Positions 18,493 to 29,100 of a stretch of 64,000 nt of DNA are shown piece by piece; within the stretch, counting starts at the first letter, position 1; each line of letters opens with the position of its first letter. A model generated the notes under the pieces. The model saw only the letters and a program-made list of their open reading frames with translations, searched no databases and was not told the DNA's origin. The stretch comes from an uncultured delta proteobacterium (GTDB lineage Bacteria > Desulfobacterota > BSN033 > UBA1163): positions 480,001 through 544,000 of the forward strand of contig CAVPSJ010000004.1 in NCBI GenBank assembly GCA_963708295.1. Direction: 5' to 3'. The position numbers and the translations under genes are program-made.

Positions 18493-19329
18493 ATGAAGCC
18501 AAGAATTCAGACGGCCACGGCGGATGGTTTCGAAACGAACGTCGCCCAAAAGATGCCGAAGATTAGAAAGCTGGAAGAACCCCATACCCTCATCCTGGAG
18601 CAGGACTTCCCGCGGCAGGAAAAAGAAGGCGATCAAACACCCATCGATGATCAAACGTTCTTCCCGGAAATGAGTCTTTCGGAAAAACAGGCAGAGAGAA
18701 AGGCGATTTTTGAGTCTTCTCAGAAAGGGATCGCATCGGAATCGAGTCTGGACGTCCTGAAATTGATCGAAGACCTTCACGGTCAACTTCTCGCATCGGC
18801 TCAGACCAAGAAGGCCCTGGAGATGGATCTGGCTTCCTACAAGAAGAGTATCCAACAATTAAGCCAGGACAATCAGGAATTGCGCCGCCAGTGGGAGGCC
18901 CTGAGCAAAGAAGATCAGAAACTCAAAGAAATCCAGTCCGAATCGATCTATCTCCAAGAAGAACACACGGATGCCTTAGAGAGAATCAAAGAGTTTCAGC
19001 AGGAAATGAGAGAGATGAAGAAAGCCTTGACCCGGGTCACCCAAGAAAGAGAGGAAGCCTTGGATCGAATTCGTGAACTGGAATCCCAGGTCGAGCAGAC
19101 TGAGGTCATGAAGATCAAGGGCAAACTAAAAGAGAGAGAGGCCTCCCTTTTCTCCGAGGAGAACCGGGAGCTTCAGTCCAAGCTGGAAGAGGCCATCGCT
19201 CGCAATACGGACCTGGAGAAGAAGTATGAAGCCTTGAAGAAGTCCTTTGGTGAAGTCAGAGAATCGCTGACCTTTTTGAGGGATTCCTGTAAGGCAAATT
19301 ATTACAACCTTTCCGAAAGCGCCGATTAA
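18493..19329 (+). CDS. pomX: PomX-like coiled-coil protein with N-terminal ParA-activating peptide
   Basis: GFETNVAQKMPKIRKL resembles the PomX N-peptide (AFEQNVSRAKPRLRL as recalled), followed by an acidic linker and a ~190-aa coiled coil. Confidence 0.72.
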   Translation: MKPRIQTATADGFETNVAQKMPKIRKLEEPHTLILEQDFPRQEKEGDQTPIDDQTFFPEMSLSEKQAERKAIFESSQKGIASESSLDVLKLIEDLHGQLLASAQTKKALEMDLASYKKSIQQLSQDNQELRRQWEALSKEDQKLKEIQSESIYLQEEHTDALERIKEFQQEMREMKKALTRVTQEREEALDRIRELESQVEQTEVMKIKGKLKEREASLFSEENRELQSKLEEAIARNTDLEKKYEALKKSFGEVRESLTFLRDSCKANYYNLSESAD

Positions 19330-19341
19330 TCTCGAAAATCA

Positions 19342-19370
19342 TTGACACCCTCCTGTCGTTAGGTTATAAA
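19342..19370 (+). promoter_or_regulatory. sigma70 promoter of the radical SAM gene
   Basis: TTGACA-17 bp-TATAAA. Confidence 0.7.
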
Positions 19371-19446
19371 TTACCCACATCCTCACCGCTTTATCCCCCT
19401 GTCGGTATCTCTTTCGCAGAAGGGATCATTTCATGGGAGAGCCTGT

Positions 19447-21135
19447 TTGAAAATTCGATTAATTGATCCGGCGTACCAACATCCTTATATTAGCCACTCA
19501 CAAAAGGTGATTAAGGACATCTGGTTTGCTCGCCTCACACTGACCGCGCTGGCTGCCCTCACCCCCTCCGAGATCGAAGTGAAGATCACCGATGAGAATG
19601 TGGACCCAATTGACTTTGAAGAGGATGTGGATCTCGTCGGCCTGACCGGAATGGTCATGCATGCTCCACGGGCCTATCAAATTGCGCAGAAGTTTCGTCA
19701 AAGGGGAATCCCGGTCGTCATGGGTGGGCCTCACGCCTCAAGCCTTCCCCTCGAAGCCAAGGCACATGTGGATGCGGTGGTGATCGGTGAGGCGGAGGAT
19801 GTCTGGAAAGGGTTAATTGAAGATTACAAGAAGGGATGCCTCAAACCCTTTTATCGGAACGATCACTTCTGCTCGATGAAAAGACTTCCCTTTCCGAGGC
19901 TTGATCTCCTTCGGAAAGATGCTTATATGACGGTCAACTGCGTCCAGACAACCCGCGGCTGCCCTCATCAATGCGATTTTTGTCATGTCACCCATTTCTT
20001 CGGAAAGACCTACCGATGTCGACCCGTGGAAGAGGTGATCGAGGAGGTGGAACGTTTAGACGGTGAGTTTGTTGTCTTCATCGACGACAATATCGCCGGG
20101 AACCGCCAATATGCGAGGGAACTCTTCACGCAATTAAAGCCCCTCAGGAAAAAATGGGCCAGCCAGGCCAGTATGACGCTGACCCGAGACCCCGAACTTC
20201 TGAAACTCGCTGCGGAGAGCGGATGCGTTTCTCTGTTCATGGGGGTAGAGTCTCTGTCTGAGGAAAACTTGAAGGAGGTGAATAAAACCTTTAATCGAGT
20301 TTCCCAATTTGACGAGGCCATGAAGGCCGTTCACGACCACGACATCATGATCCTGGCCGGGTTCATTTTTGGGCTGGATCATGATGATGAAGGGGTCTTC
20401 GAAAGAACGCTCCGGTTCTGTGAACGGAACCGAATTGAACTGCCCACTTTCTTCATTCTTACCCCCTTGCCCGGGACAGCCTTATTTCAAAGGATGGAGT
20501 CCGAGGGCAGGCTCCTGCACAAGGATTGGGGGCAATATAACGGAGCCACCGTCGTTTTCAAGCCCAGGTTGATGACCGAGGAAACACTCCAGCGCGGATT
20601 TAATTGGGCATGCAAGGAGGGCTATTCCTGGAACTCCATCTTTAAGAGGGTTTTCCACCCCCAACAACGATTCTTTACAAGGGTGGTTTCAAATATTGCC
20701 TATCGAAGTATCGCACGAAGAACACCGGAGGGTTATCTTCCAAGCCTTTCACGGATTTTGCAGAAGATGAACGATACTCTCCCTCTCGAGAATACCCGGG
20801 ATTTGATTCAACAAGTCGGCGAGAAGATTACAGAGAAGAAACTTCTGATTGGTCAGAAAGCAGCCGATACGCTGAGACTCTATTCTATTTATAACGAGCG
20901 GCTTAAGACGCTTTTCGTCAGACTGGAAGGGTCCATGGATCGGGAAGCGGCGAAGGAACTGGTGAAAAGGCTCAAAGGGGTATTAAACGTGAAGATCCAA
21001 AAAGTCATCCTTGACTTTAAGGATGTGGGAGCATTTTCCTCGGAGGCAATTGCCCTGCTTTCCAGAAAGGGCCTTCTTCAAACAGAAGAAGGGAAACTTT
21101 GGATCGCTGTGAATCTACCGGGTATCCGTGATTAA
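19447..21135 (+). CDS. B12-binding radical SAM protein with C-terminal STAS-like domain
   Basis: VVMGGPHAS, TTRGCPHQCDFC (CxxxCxxC), FIDDN; C-terminal VRLEGSMD...VILDFKDVGAFSSEAIALL. Confidence 0.85.
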   Translation: MKIRLIDPAYQHPYISHSQKVIKDIWFARLTLTALAALTPSEIEVKITDENVDPIDFEEDVDLVGLTGMVMHAPRAYQIAQKFRQRGIPVVMGGPHASSLPLEAKAHVDAVVIGEAEDVWKGLIEDYKKGCLKPFYRNDHFCSMKRLPFPRLDLLRKDAYMTVNCVQTTRGCPHQCDFCHVTHFFGKTYRCRPVEEVIEEVERLDGEFVVFIDDNIAGNRQYARELFTQLKPLRKKWASQASMTLTRDPELLKLAAESGCVSLFMGVESLSEENLKEVNKTFNRVSQFDEAMKAVHDHDIMILAGFIFGLDHDDEGVFERTLRFCERNRIELPTFFILTPLPGTALFQRMESEGRLLHKDWGQYNGATVVFKPRLMTEETLQRGFNWACKEGYSWNSIFKRVFHPQQRFFTRVVSNIAYRSIARRTPEGYLPSLSRILQKMNDTLPLENTRDLIQQVGEKITEKKLLIGQKAADTLRLYSIYNERLKTLFVRLEGSMDREAAKELVKRLKGVLNVKIQKVILDFKDVGAFSSEAIALLSRKGLLQTEEGKLWIAVNLPGIRD

Positions 21136-21175
21136 TTTTCCTGCCTGCCTATGAGAGACGGAAAAAAAGGACTCT

Positions 21176-21367
21176 TTATCTGGAAAACCTGCGGGCCGCT
21201 CTCTGTCTTCTCCTCCTCGCCTCCTGCTGTTTTCTTTTCTTCTTGACGGAAGGCTTCTCATAGGATCTTCTTTTCTTCAATTCCTTTAAGATCCCATCCC
21301 TGGCGAGTTGGCGCTTTAACGTCTTGATCGCGTTTTCGATCTGATTGTCTTGAACTTTAACTTCCAA
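21176..21367 (-). CDS. rpsU: 30S ribosomal protein bS21
   Basis: IENAIKTLKRQ...GILKELKKRRSYEKPSVKKKRK. Confidence 0.93.
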   Translation of the reverse strand: MEVKVQDNQIENAIKTLKRQLARDGILKELKKRRSYEKPSVKKKRKQQEARRRRQRAARRFSR

Positions 21368-21397
21368 CGACTTCTCCTTTACCTTCGGTAAATCGGG

Positions 21398-21691
21398 TTA
21401 CCTGTCCCTATCCCCTCTGCTTTTGAACTCGCCGCCCCTTTTTTTCTGAGGTCTGGCTTCACTGACGATCAGGGCTCGTTCCATAAAGGTCTTTCCATTG
21501 ATCAAAGAGATTGCTTTCTCCGCCTCCGCGCTGGAAGTCATTTCTACAAAACCAAACCCTCTTGATCTTCCCGAATATGAATCCGTAACGATTTTAACAG
21601 ACTGGACTCCTCCTGCTTCAGAAAAGAGTTTTTTTAGGTCTTCTTCTGAGGCTCCAAAAGCGAGGTTCCCTACGTAAAGCTTCAAATTCAT
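21398..21691 (-). CDS. RRM RNA-binding protein
   Basis: RNP2 LYVGNL and RNP1 RGFGFVEM. Confidence 0.93.
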   Translation of the reverse strand: MNLKLYVGNLAFGASEEDLKKLFSEAGGVQSVKIVTDSYSGRSRGFGFVEMTSSAEAEKAISLINGKTFMERALIVSEARPQKKRGGEFKSRGDRDR

Positions 21692-21942
21692 CCTTTTTCT
21701 CCTTCATCCATTTATGCCCCCGGGACTTTCTAAAGAGATCGCCTGGAGGGCTCGCAAAAATCTTCGCAACGGCGATTATTTGTATTTATGGACTAAATTT
21801 TAGTATCTGTCAAGTTAAATTCTTGATGGGTAAAATTCTTGATAGGACTAAAGTTTGACATTTAATTTCAGTTCGTTTATATATTTTTATCATACTTTTT
21901 ATCAGGGTTCGATGAAGAACTTATTAGAAGGGAGGTGCGGGT

Positions 21943-22776
21943 TTGCATAAGATAACGTATAAAAGAGAAATGGCTGAAAAAACAGTGTGCCATCTCAGGG
22001 TAGAGGCACCCCGAATCGCCCGGAAGGCAAAGCCGGGACAGTTTGTCGTTTTAAAGGCCAATGAGACCGGAGAGAGAATTCCCTTGACCATGGGAGGGAC
22101 AGATCCCGCTGCGGGGACGATCGACTTAATTTTTCAGGTTGTAGGAAAGTCCACGGCTCTCCTACGAACCTTGAAGGTAGGTGATTCCATTCAGGATATC
22201 ATCGGACCATTGGGAAAACCGACCCACATTGAAAAGATCGGAACCGTGATCTGTGTGGGGGGCGGAACAGGCGTGGCCGTGATGTATCCGATTACGAAGG
22301 GCTACAAAGAGGCAGGGAATCATGTGATCGCCATCGTCGGGGCCCGAACAAAGGATCTTCTGATCTTAGAGGATGAGATGAAGGCGGCCAGTCATGATCT
22401 GAGAGTGACGACGGATGACGGGACATACGGAGTTCACGGATTCGTCACAGATGTCCTCCGCAAGATTTTGGATGAGCAGAAAGACGTGAAATTGGTCGTT
22501 GGAATTGGCCCGGTACCGATGATGAAGTTTCTGTGCAAGTTGACAAAGGAATACGCGGTCAAGACCATGGTGAGTCTCAACCCCATCATGGTGGATGCAA
22601 CCGGAATGTGCGGGGCCTGCCGGGTCACGGTGGGAGGGAAGACGAAATTCTGTTGCGTCGATGGTCCGGAATTTGACGGCCATGAGGTCGACTACGATGA
22701 ATTGGTGAAACGACAAAGGGCCTATCTCACCGAGGAGAAGGCATCCATGGAACAGTTCAAGACGGTGGAAAGGTAA
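21943..22776 (+). CDS. nfnA: NfnA (small FAD/[2Fe-2S] subunit of electron-bifurcating transhydrogenase)
   Basis: PGQFV...GERIPLT, GPLG, VGGGTG, GPVPMM, MVDATGMCGACR, CVDGPEFD. Confidence 0.9.
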   Translation: MHKITYKREMAEKTVCHLRVEAPRIARKAKPGQFVVLKANETGERIPLTMGGTDPAAGTIDLIFQVVGKSTALLRTLKVGDSIQDIIGPLGKPTHIEKIGTVICVGGGTGVAVMYPITKGYKEAGNHVIAIVGARTKDLLILEDEMKAASHDLRVTTDDGTYGVHGFVTDVLRKILDEQKDVKLVVGIGPVPMMKFLCKLTKEYAVKTMVSLNPIMVDATGMCGACRVTVGGKTKFCCVDGPEFDGHEVDYDELVKRQRAYLTEEKASMEQFKTVER

Positions 22777-22785
22777 GGGATTGAG

Positions 22786-24198
22786 ATGGCAGAAGAAAAG
22801 GAGAAAAAAGAGAAATTAAAGGTCTCGAGACAGAGGATGCCCGAGCAAGAGCCTAAAGTGAGGGCGAGGAATTTTGATGAGGTTCCTTTCGGATACACCC
22901 CCGACCTGGCCCAGCTGGAGGCGAGTCGCTGCCTTCAATGCAAGAAACCAAAATGCATTGAGGGATGCCCGGTGGAAGTCGAGATTCCGGCCTTTGTTAA
23001 ACTTATTTCGGAAGGTGATTTTGCCGGAGCAGCGCGGAAATTGAAGTTACGAAACAGCCTCCCCGCCGTTTGCGGACGCGTCTGCCCTCAAGAAGACCAG
23101 TGCGAAAAGGTTTGCATTGTCGGGAAAAAGGACCAACCCGTTGCGGTCGGTAGACTGGAACGATTTGCTGCCGATTGGGAGAGGACAAAAGGAGAAGTCA
23201 CCATTCCTGAAAAGGCTCCTCCAACGGGCAAGAAAGTGGCGGTCGTGGGATCAGGACCAGCGGGTTTGACCCTGGCGGGGGATCTCATTCTGAAAGGACA
23301 CGAGGTGACGATATTTGAAGCCCTCCATAAAACCGGGGGGGTTCTGATCTACGGTATTCCGGAATTTCGCCTTCCCAAGGCAATTGTTCAGGCGGAGGTC
23401 AATTACTTGGAGAAGTTGGGTGTCAAGGTAGAGTGTAACTGCGTCGTTGGAAGAATCGATACCGTTGATGAACTTCTTACGGAATACGATGCCGTATTCT
23501 TGGGTTTGGGAGCAGGCCTCCCCCAGTTTTTAAACATCCCCGGGGAGAACTTCTGCGGTATCTATTCAGCCAATGAATATCTCACCCGATCGAATTTGAT
23601 GAAGGCATACCTCTTTCCGAAATATGACACGCCGATTGCCCGGGGAAAGAATGTTGCAGTCTTCGGGGCGGGGAATGTGGCCATGGATTCGGCCCGGACA
23701 GCCCTCCGATTAGGAGCCAACACCGTCCAGATCGTCTACCGGCGGTCGAGGGATGAGATGCCGGCCCGTATTGAAGAGGTTCACCATGCCGAAGAAGAGG
23801 GTGTTCAATTCTATCTTCTAACGGCTCCGACAAAATTCTTAGGAGATGACAACGGCTGGGTCACGGGAGTCGAATGCCTCCGGATGGAATTGGGGGAGCC
23901 TGATGAGTCGGGAAGGCGCAGACCGGTTCCCATCCAGGGCTCAGAGTTTCGACTCGAATGCGATATGGCAGTGGTGGCCATTGGTGCAGGTCCCAATCCC
24001 CTTCTCCCTACGCAAACGCCGGGCTTGGAGCTTAATAAGCGAGGGTATATCGTTGCTGACCTTGAAACCGGGAAGACAACCAAACCGAGGGTCTGGGCAG
24101 GAGGAGATATCGTGACAGGTTCGGCGACGGTCATCCTGGCGATGGGAGCAGGAAGAAAAGCAGCCAATTCGATTCATGAGTATTTGACGGGCGCATAA
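22786..24198 (+). CDS. nfnB: NfnB (GltD-like large subunit)
   Basis: EASRCLQC...C-x-x-x-CP, CGRVCPQE-x-QC, GSGPAG, GAGNVAMD, YRRS, GGDIVTG; adjacent to nfnA with no gltB. Confidence 0.9.
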   Translation: MAEEKEKKEKLKVSRQRMPEQEPKVRARNFDEVPFGYTPDLAQLEASRCLQCKKPKCIEGCPVEVEIPAFVKLISEGDFAGAARKLKLRNSLPAVCGRVCPQEDQCEKVCIVGKKDQPVAVGRLERFAADWERTKGEVTIPEKAPPTGKKVAVVGSGPAGLTLAGDLILKGHEVTIFEALHKTGGVLIYGIPEFRLPKAIVQAEVNYLEKLGVKVECNCVVGRIDTVDELLTEYDAVFLGLGAGLPQFLNIPGENFCGIYSANEYLTRSNLMKAYLFPKYDTPIARGKNVAVFGAGNVAMDSARTALRLGANTVQIVYRRSRDEMPARIEEVHHAEEEGVQFYLLTAPTKFLGDDNGWVTGVECLRMELGEPDESGRRRPVPIQGSEFRLECDMAVVAIGAGPNPLLPTQTPGLELNKRGYIVADLETGKTTKPRVWAGGDIVTGSATVILAMGAGRKAANSIHEYLTGA

Positions 24199-24244
24199 TG
24201 GTCCCCTTCTCTCCTTTAACAAAGTGGAGAGAGATGAATAAAAC

Positions 24245-24276
24245 AGGGCAGGGCAAAACGGTCCTGCCCTTTTTTA
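24245..24276 (+). terminator. Intrinsic terminator after nfnAB
   Basis: AGGGCAGGGC-AAAACG-GTCCTGCCCT-TTTTT. Confidence 0.8.
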
Positions 24277-24404
24277 TTCCACCCATTCATGCAGACACCC
24301 TCCCTTTTTCCCCGGTAAGATGAGGGGAAAGAGGCGTTCTTAATGGAATCAAACCTCCGTCAGTAAATGATCTCCTGAAGAAGTAGGATATGTTTTGGGT
24401 TCCC

Positions 24405-24839
24405 ATGAAGATTTTAATAGACGCAGATGCTTGTCCCAGATCCGTTTTAGAGAGTTGCGTGAGACTTGGGCGAAAATACAATATCCCGGTCTGGACGGTG
24501 GCCAGCTTTAATCACAGGATAGAGTCGGATCACCTCATTGTGGTTGGAGATGGTTTTCAGGAAACGGATATCAAGATCGTAAATCTCACTGAAGCTGGGG
24601 ATGTCGTCGTAACGGGTGATTGGGGATTGGCAGCGATGGTGCTGGGAAAGGGAGCGAAATGTCTGAGTCCAATCGGCAGAGAGTTTCATCCAGAAAAGAT
24701 GGACTTCTTGTTGGAGGAACGTGACCTCAAGGCGAAATTTCGTCGAGGGGGCGGAAGAACGAAAGGCCCGAGAAAGAGGACATCGGAAGATGATCGCCGA
24801 TTCGAGATCTCTCTCGAAAAAGTTTTTTTGGAAAAGTGA
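24405..24839 (+). CDS. YaiI/YqxD (DUF188) family protein
   Basis: [32 protein letters not shown]. Confidence 0.9.
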   Translation: MKILIDADACPRSVLESCVRLGRKYNIPVWTVASFNHRIESDHLIVVGDGFQETDIKIVNLTEAGDVVVTGDWGLAAMVLGKGAKCLSPIGREFHPEKMDFLLEERDLKAKFRRGGGRTKGPRKRTSEDDRRFEISLEKVFLEK

Positions 24840-24914
24840 AGGGCTTGTTTTTTTTCCGAAAAAAGACAGGGAAGACGTATCGAAGGATCGGGAGTCAATC
24901 AATATTCAGGAGGA

Positions 24915-25901
24915 GTGACCGTGAATAAGCTGAATGTTTGTGTCATCGGTATGGGGGGTGTGGGAGGTTACTTCGGAGGGAAATTCGCTCATGCCTTTTC
25001 TCCAAATTCTGATTCTTCTGTCAACGTCTTTTTTGTGGCCCGAGGGAAACATCTCGCGGCGATCAGGGAGAATGGATTGATCGTTAAATCTCCTGAGTTC
25101 GGAACGATCACCTGCAAACCTACGCTGGCTACCGATAGAATAAGTGAGCTTCCTCAAATCGACCTTTTTTTGATCGCCGTCAAAGGATATGACCTGATGG
25201 GAGTTGCAACCTCTATAGAGGATCATATCAAGGAAAATACGATGATCTTGGCTCCCTTGAATGGTGCGGACATTCAGGAAAGACTTCGAATCAAAATCCA
25301 TACCGGAAGGATCTTTCCCTCGTGTGTCTATATCTCTTCCTATATCGAAGAGCCAGGGGTCGTCCTTACGGGAAAACCGGGGAAAATTATCTTTGGAAAA
25401 GACCCCGCGTCTCCCGATGAGAGTCCTCACGAGTTATTCGGGCTGTTTCGAAAAACTTCGATTGATTATGAGTGGAAAGAAGATGCAAACCCCCCGATTT
25501 GGGAGAAATATATCTTCATCGCCAGTTTCAGCCTGATCTCAGCATACTCCAATCGAGCGCTCGACGAAATTCTGCAGGAACCATCGCTTAAAAGAGAAGT
25601 GATCGGGATCATGAATGAAATTCACTCCATTGCTCTAAAGAAAAAGATTCAATTGCCTGATGGAATTGTAGATCTTTCTCTTAAGAAGGCAACCCTGTTT
25701 CCCCCAGGCACACAAACCTCCTTGCAGAGAGACATCTCACAGAAGAAGGGTAAGAGTGAATTGGAGCTTTTTGGCGGCACGATTCTCCATCTCGGAAAGA
25801 AATTGGGTATCCCCACTCCCACGACAAGAGAAATATGTCAAGAATTAGAAAGAATTGGGTCATCCCCTGCAACGCCCCCCTTTGTTCCTCACGAGACTTA
25901 G
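24915..25901 (+). CDS. panE: Ketopantoate reductase family protein
   Basis: GMGGVGGYFG, ARG, VKGYD, LNG, WEKYIF, TSLQRD, ELE. Confidence 0.85.
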   Translation: MTVNKLNVCVIGMGGVGGYFGGKFAHAFSPNSDSSVNVFFVARGKHLAAIRENGLIVKSPEFGTITCKPTLATDRISELPQIDLFLIAVKGYDLMGVATSIEDHIKENTMILAPLNGADIQERLRIKIHTGRIFPSCVYISSYIEEPGVVLTGKPGKIIFGKDPASPDESPHELFGLFRKTSIDYEWKEDANPPIWEKYIFIASFSLISAYSNRALDEILQEPSLKREVIGIMNEIHSIALKKKIQLPDGIVDLSLKKATLFPPGTQTSLQRDISQKKGKSELELFGGTILHLGKKLGIPTPTTREICQELERIGSSPATPPFVPHET

Positions 25902-26035
25902 TCAAATAAAAAAACCCCCTGACATCGTACATCACGCGTTTTACCGACAAAAAAGGGCATATTCCAGCCCACCCATGCTTTCTGGTTTTTGAAAAACTAT
26001 TTGAAGTCCAATAGCTTGGCCCAGTTTTTCCGCTC

Positions 26036-26052
26036 TTGGCACCAAACTTGCT
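26036..26052 (+). promoter_or_regulatory. sigma54 (-24/-12) promoter
   Basis: TTGGCACCAAACTTGCT (GG-N10-GC), 130 bp upstream of the GGDEF/HD-GYP gene. Confidence 0.75.
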
Positions 26053-26181
26053 CAATAATATCAAACAAATGTACCCACTCCTAAGAGAATGAGGTCGTTG
26101 GTCCATTTGTTGTCGGTTGATTTTACTCGTCTGGCTCATGTGGGTTAAACTGCGCGAGCAACAGCTAGGGGTGCCACCACT

Positions 26182-29100
26182 GTGAGGCTTCCATTTTTCA
26201 AAACCATTAGAAGTCGTCTCCTATTATTGGTTCTGATCTCCCTTCTCCCCGCTTTGGGAATCATCATCTACTCGGGGGTGGAACTTAGTTCCCGTGAGAT
26301 CGAGGATGCGAAATCCGATTCCTTGGAGGCGGTAAAAGGCCTTTCCTACGAGCACGAACGCGTCATGGAAAGTACTCGCCAGTTCCTCATGACCTTGGCC
26401 AAAATTCCGGACATCCAGAACTTGAATGTGACCGCGAACAAACGGCTGCTTGAAGGCTTATTGAAACAGAATCCATCCTATGGCGGCATTATTGTTCTTG
26501 ACGCTCAGGGAATCCTGTGCTCTTCTGCTCCACCTGATAAGTCAACGAGCTTGGCATCAAGCAAATTCTTTCAGGATGTCCTGAGGACGAAAGATTTCTC
26601 CGTAGGAGAATACGCCATTTGCCGTTCCTTAAACCGGCCGGTCCTCCATCTCGCCTATCCGATCACAAATGCCCAGGGGAAGTTCAAAGGAGCGGTTGCC
26701 GTTTCACTCGACATCGCCCACTACGCCCGGATGTTTTCCATGGAAAAATTACCCCAGGGGTCAACCCTGTCGATCAGCGACCACAGGGGCGTTCTTCTCT
26801 ATGCCTACCCTGAAAATGGGAATCATATGCCAAGGACAGATCTTCCTGATACGATCGGGTATATGTCGGACCTAGGGAGAGAAGGGGTTTTCACATATGC
26901 CGGGGTCGATGATGTAAGACGTATTAATGCCTATAGAAGATTCCGCCTGAAGCCAAACCAATCCGCGTATCTTTTTATCCGTGTCGGTATCCCGGAAGGG
27001 AAAGCGTTCCAGCATGCCAAAAGACGCCTGTCAATCAATGTGGTTCTGTTAGGCGTCGCGTTTTTGATCGCGGTTTTCTCCGCATGGTTCTTAGGAAATG
27101 CCATTATTGTAAGGGGGCTCCAAAGATTAGTCGAGGCCTCGCGCAAGATTGAGCAGGGAGATCTTAAAACAAGGACGGGTTTAGACAAGAAGTCTGATGA
27201 ATTGGGCGAGCTGGGAAGGGTCTTCGACGAGATGGCAGAAGCCCTGGAGACAAAGAATGCTGAGAACGAACAAGTTCAGGAGAGACTAAGAAAGACAGCG
27301 GATCAATGGCAAACCACGTTTGACTCAATTACTGACCTCGTCATGATTCTGGACAAGGAATGCAGAATTGTCCGAGCAAATGAGGAATCCATTCGCCTTT
27401 TCAACCTGCCGATGGATCGAATCGTTGGAAATTACTGTTACGCCTTGATGCACAAGATGAACATGCCTCCTGAACCATGTCCCTATCAAAAGATGATCGA
27501 AACGGGAAAGCGTGAAGAAACAGAGCTTTATCTGGCTGACAGGGATACGTGGCTTTTTGTTTCAGTCGATCCAATATTGGATCATGACGGAGAGGTCATC
27601 GGTCTGGTTCACATCGCCAAGGACATTACCGACCGAAAGCGTGCGGAAAATGCTCTGAGGCAGAGCGAGGAAAAATTTAGAGAACTCTATGACCATGCGC
27701 CCGTGGGGTATTGCGAATACGATACTCAGGGACGCATTACGAACGTAAGCCTGACGGATCTCGAAATACTCGGATATACCCGGGAGGAGATGGTGGGACA
27801 CCACATTTGGGAGTTTAATGTCGGAGCGGAAACGGTCCGACGACAGGTCCTGGAGAAGTTGAAAGGGTTTAGGCCGCCGGGTCACGATCTCGAACGCATT
27901 TATCGTCGAAAGGACGGGACTGTTTTCCCGGTCCTGATCAAGGACCGTCTGATCCTGAATGAACAGGGAGAAATCACAGGCATCCGCTGTACCATCCAGG
28001 ATATTACCGACCGCAAGCGAGGAGAAGAGAGGCTGCGGGAGAGTGAAGAGAGATTCCGCCAGTTGGCAGAAAACATCCGTGAGGTCTTTTACATCTACGA
28101 AGAGGGAATCCTCCGCTACGTCAGCCCCGCCTTCGCGGAAATCTGGGGATGTCCGCCTGAAACCCTTTTCCAGGACCCAGAATTCCACTTGAAGACGATC
28201 CATCCTGAAGATAGGGATGATGTGAAACGATCCATTGAGAAGAGAAGCCAGCAAGAGGTCGAGGTCATCTATCGTATTGTGCGCCCGGATCAATCTATCC
28301 GCTGGATCAAAAACCGCTCTTTTCGGATCAGCGATGATTCGCACCGCATCGTAGGCATTGCCACAGATATCACGGACCTCAAGCTCGGGGAAGAAAAACT
28401 ACGATATCTGAGTCTCCGCGATCCTCTGACCGGACTTTATAACCGCATCTACTTCGAAGAGGAGATAAGCCGGATAGAAAAAACACGCCGCGGCACAGTC
28501 GGGATTTTATCGTGTGATGTAGATGGGCTCAAGCTGGTTAACGATACCTTGGGACACGATCAAGGGGATCGCCTGCTGGCCGCCGCGGCCAGGGTGATCC
28601 GGGATTCATTTCGCGGAGGAGATTTGGCGGCCCGCATCGGGGGGGATGAATTTGCGGTCATCCTCCCAAACACCACCCAATCTGCCGTTGAAAACGCGTG
28701 CCAAAGAATCCAGGAAGCGGTCGAGTCCTACAACACCATCACCCCCGAACTCCCGCTTAGTATCTCTATCGGATTTGCCATCAGAAATGACTCCCATAAA
28801 AACTTGAAAGATGTGTATAAGGAAGCGGATAATCACATGTACCGCAAGAAGCTCTATCGCACCCAGAGCATCCGCAGCACCATTGTGAGCACCCTGATCA
28901 ATACCCTCAAAGCTAGGGACCTGGCAACCGAGCGGCACGCGAGTCGTCTTGAAAAATTATTGGTCCGGATGGCCGCCCTGATCGGACTCTCCGAGTCCGC
29001 GACGGCCGACTTATCCCTCTTAGCCAAATTTCATGACATCGGCAAGGTGGGAATCTCCGACGCCATCCTCCTGAAGGAGGGACCCTTTACTCCCGAGGAG

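Noticed and set aside
22786-24198. Glutamate synthase small subunit
   Set aside because: It is paired with an NfnA-type gene and no gltB is present.
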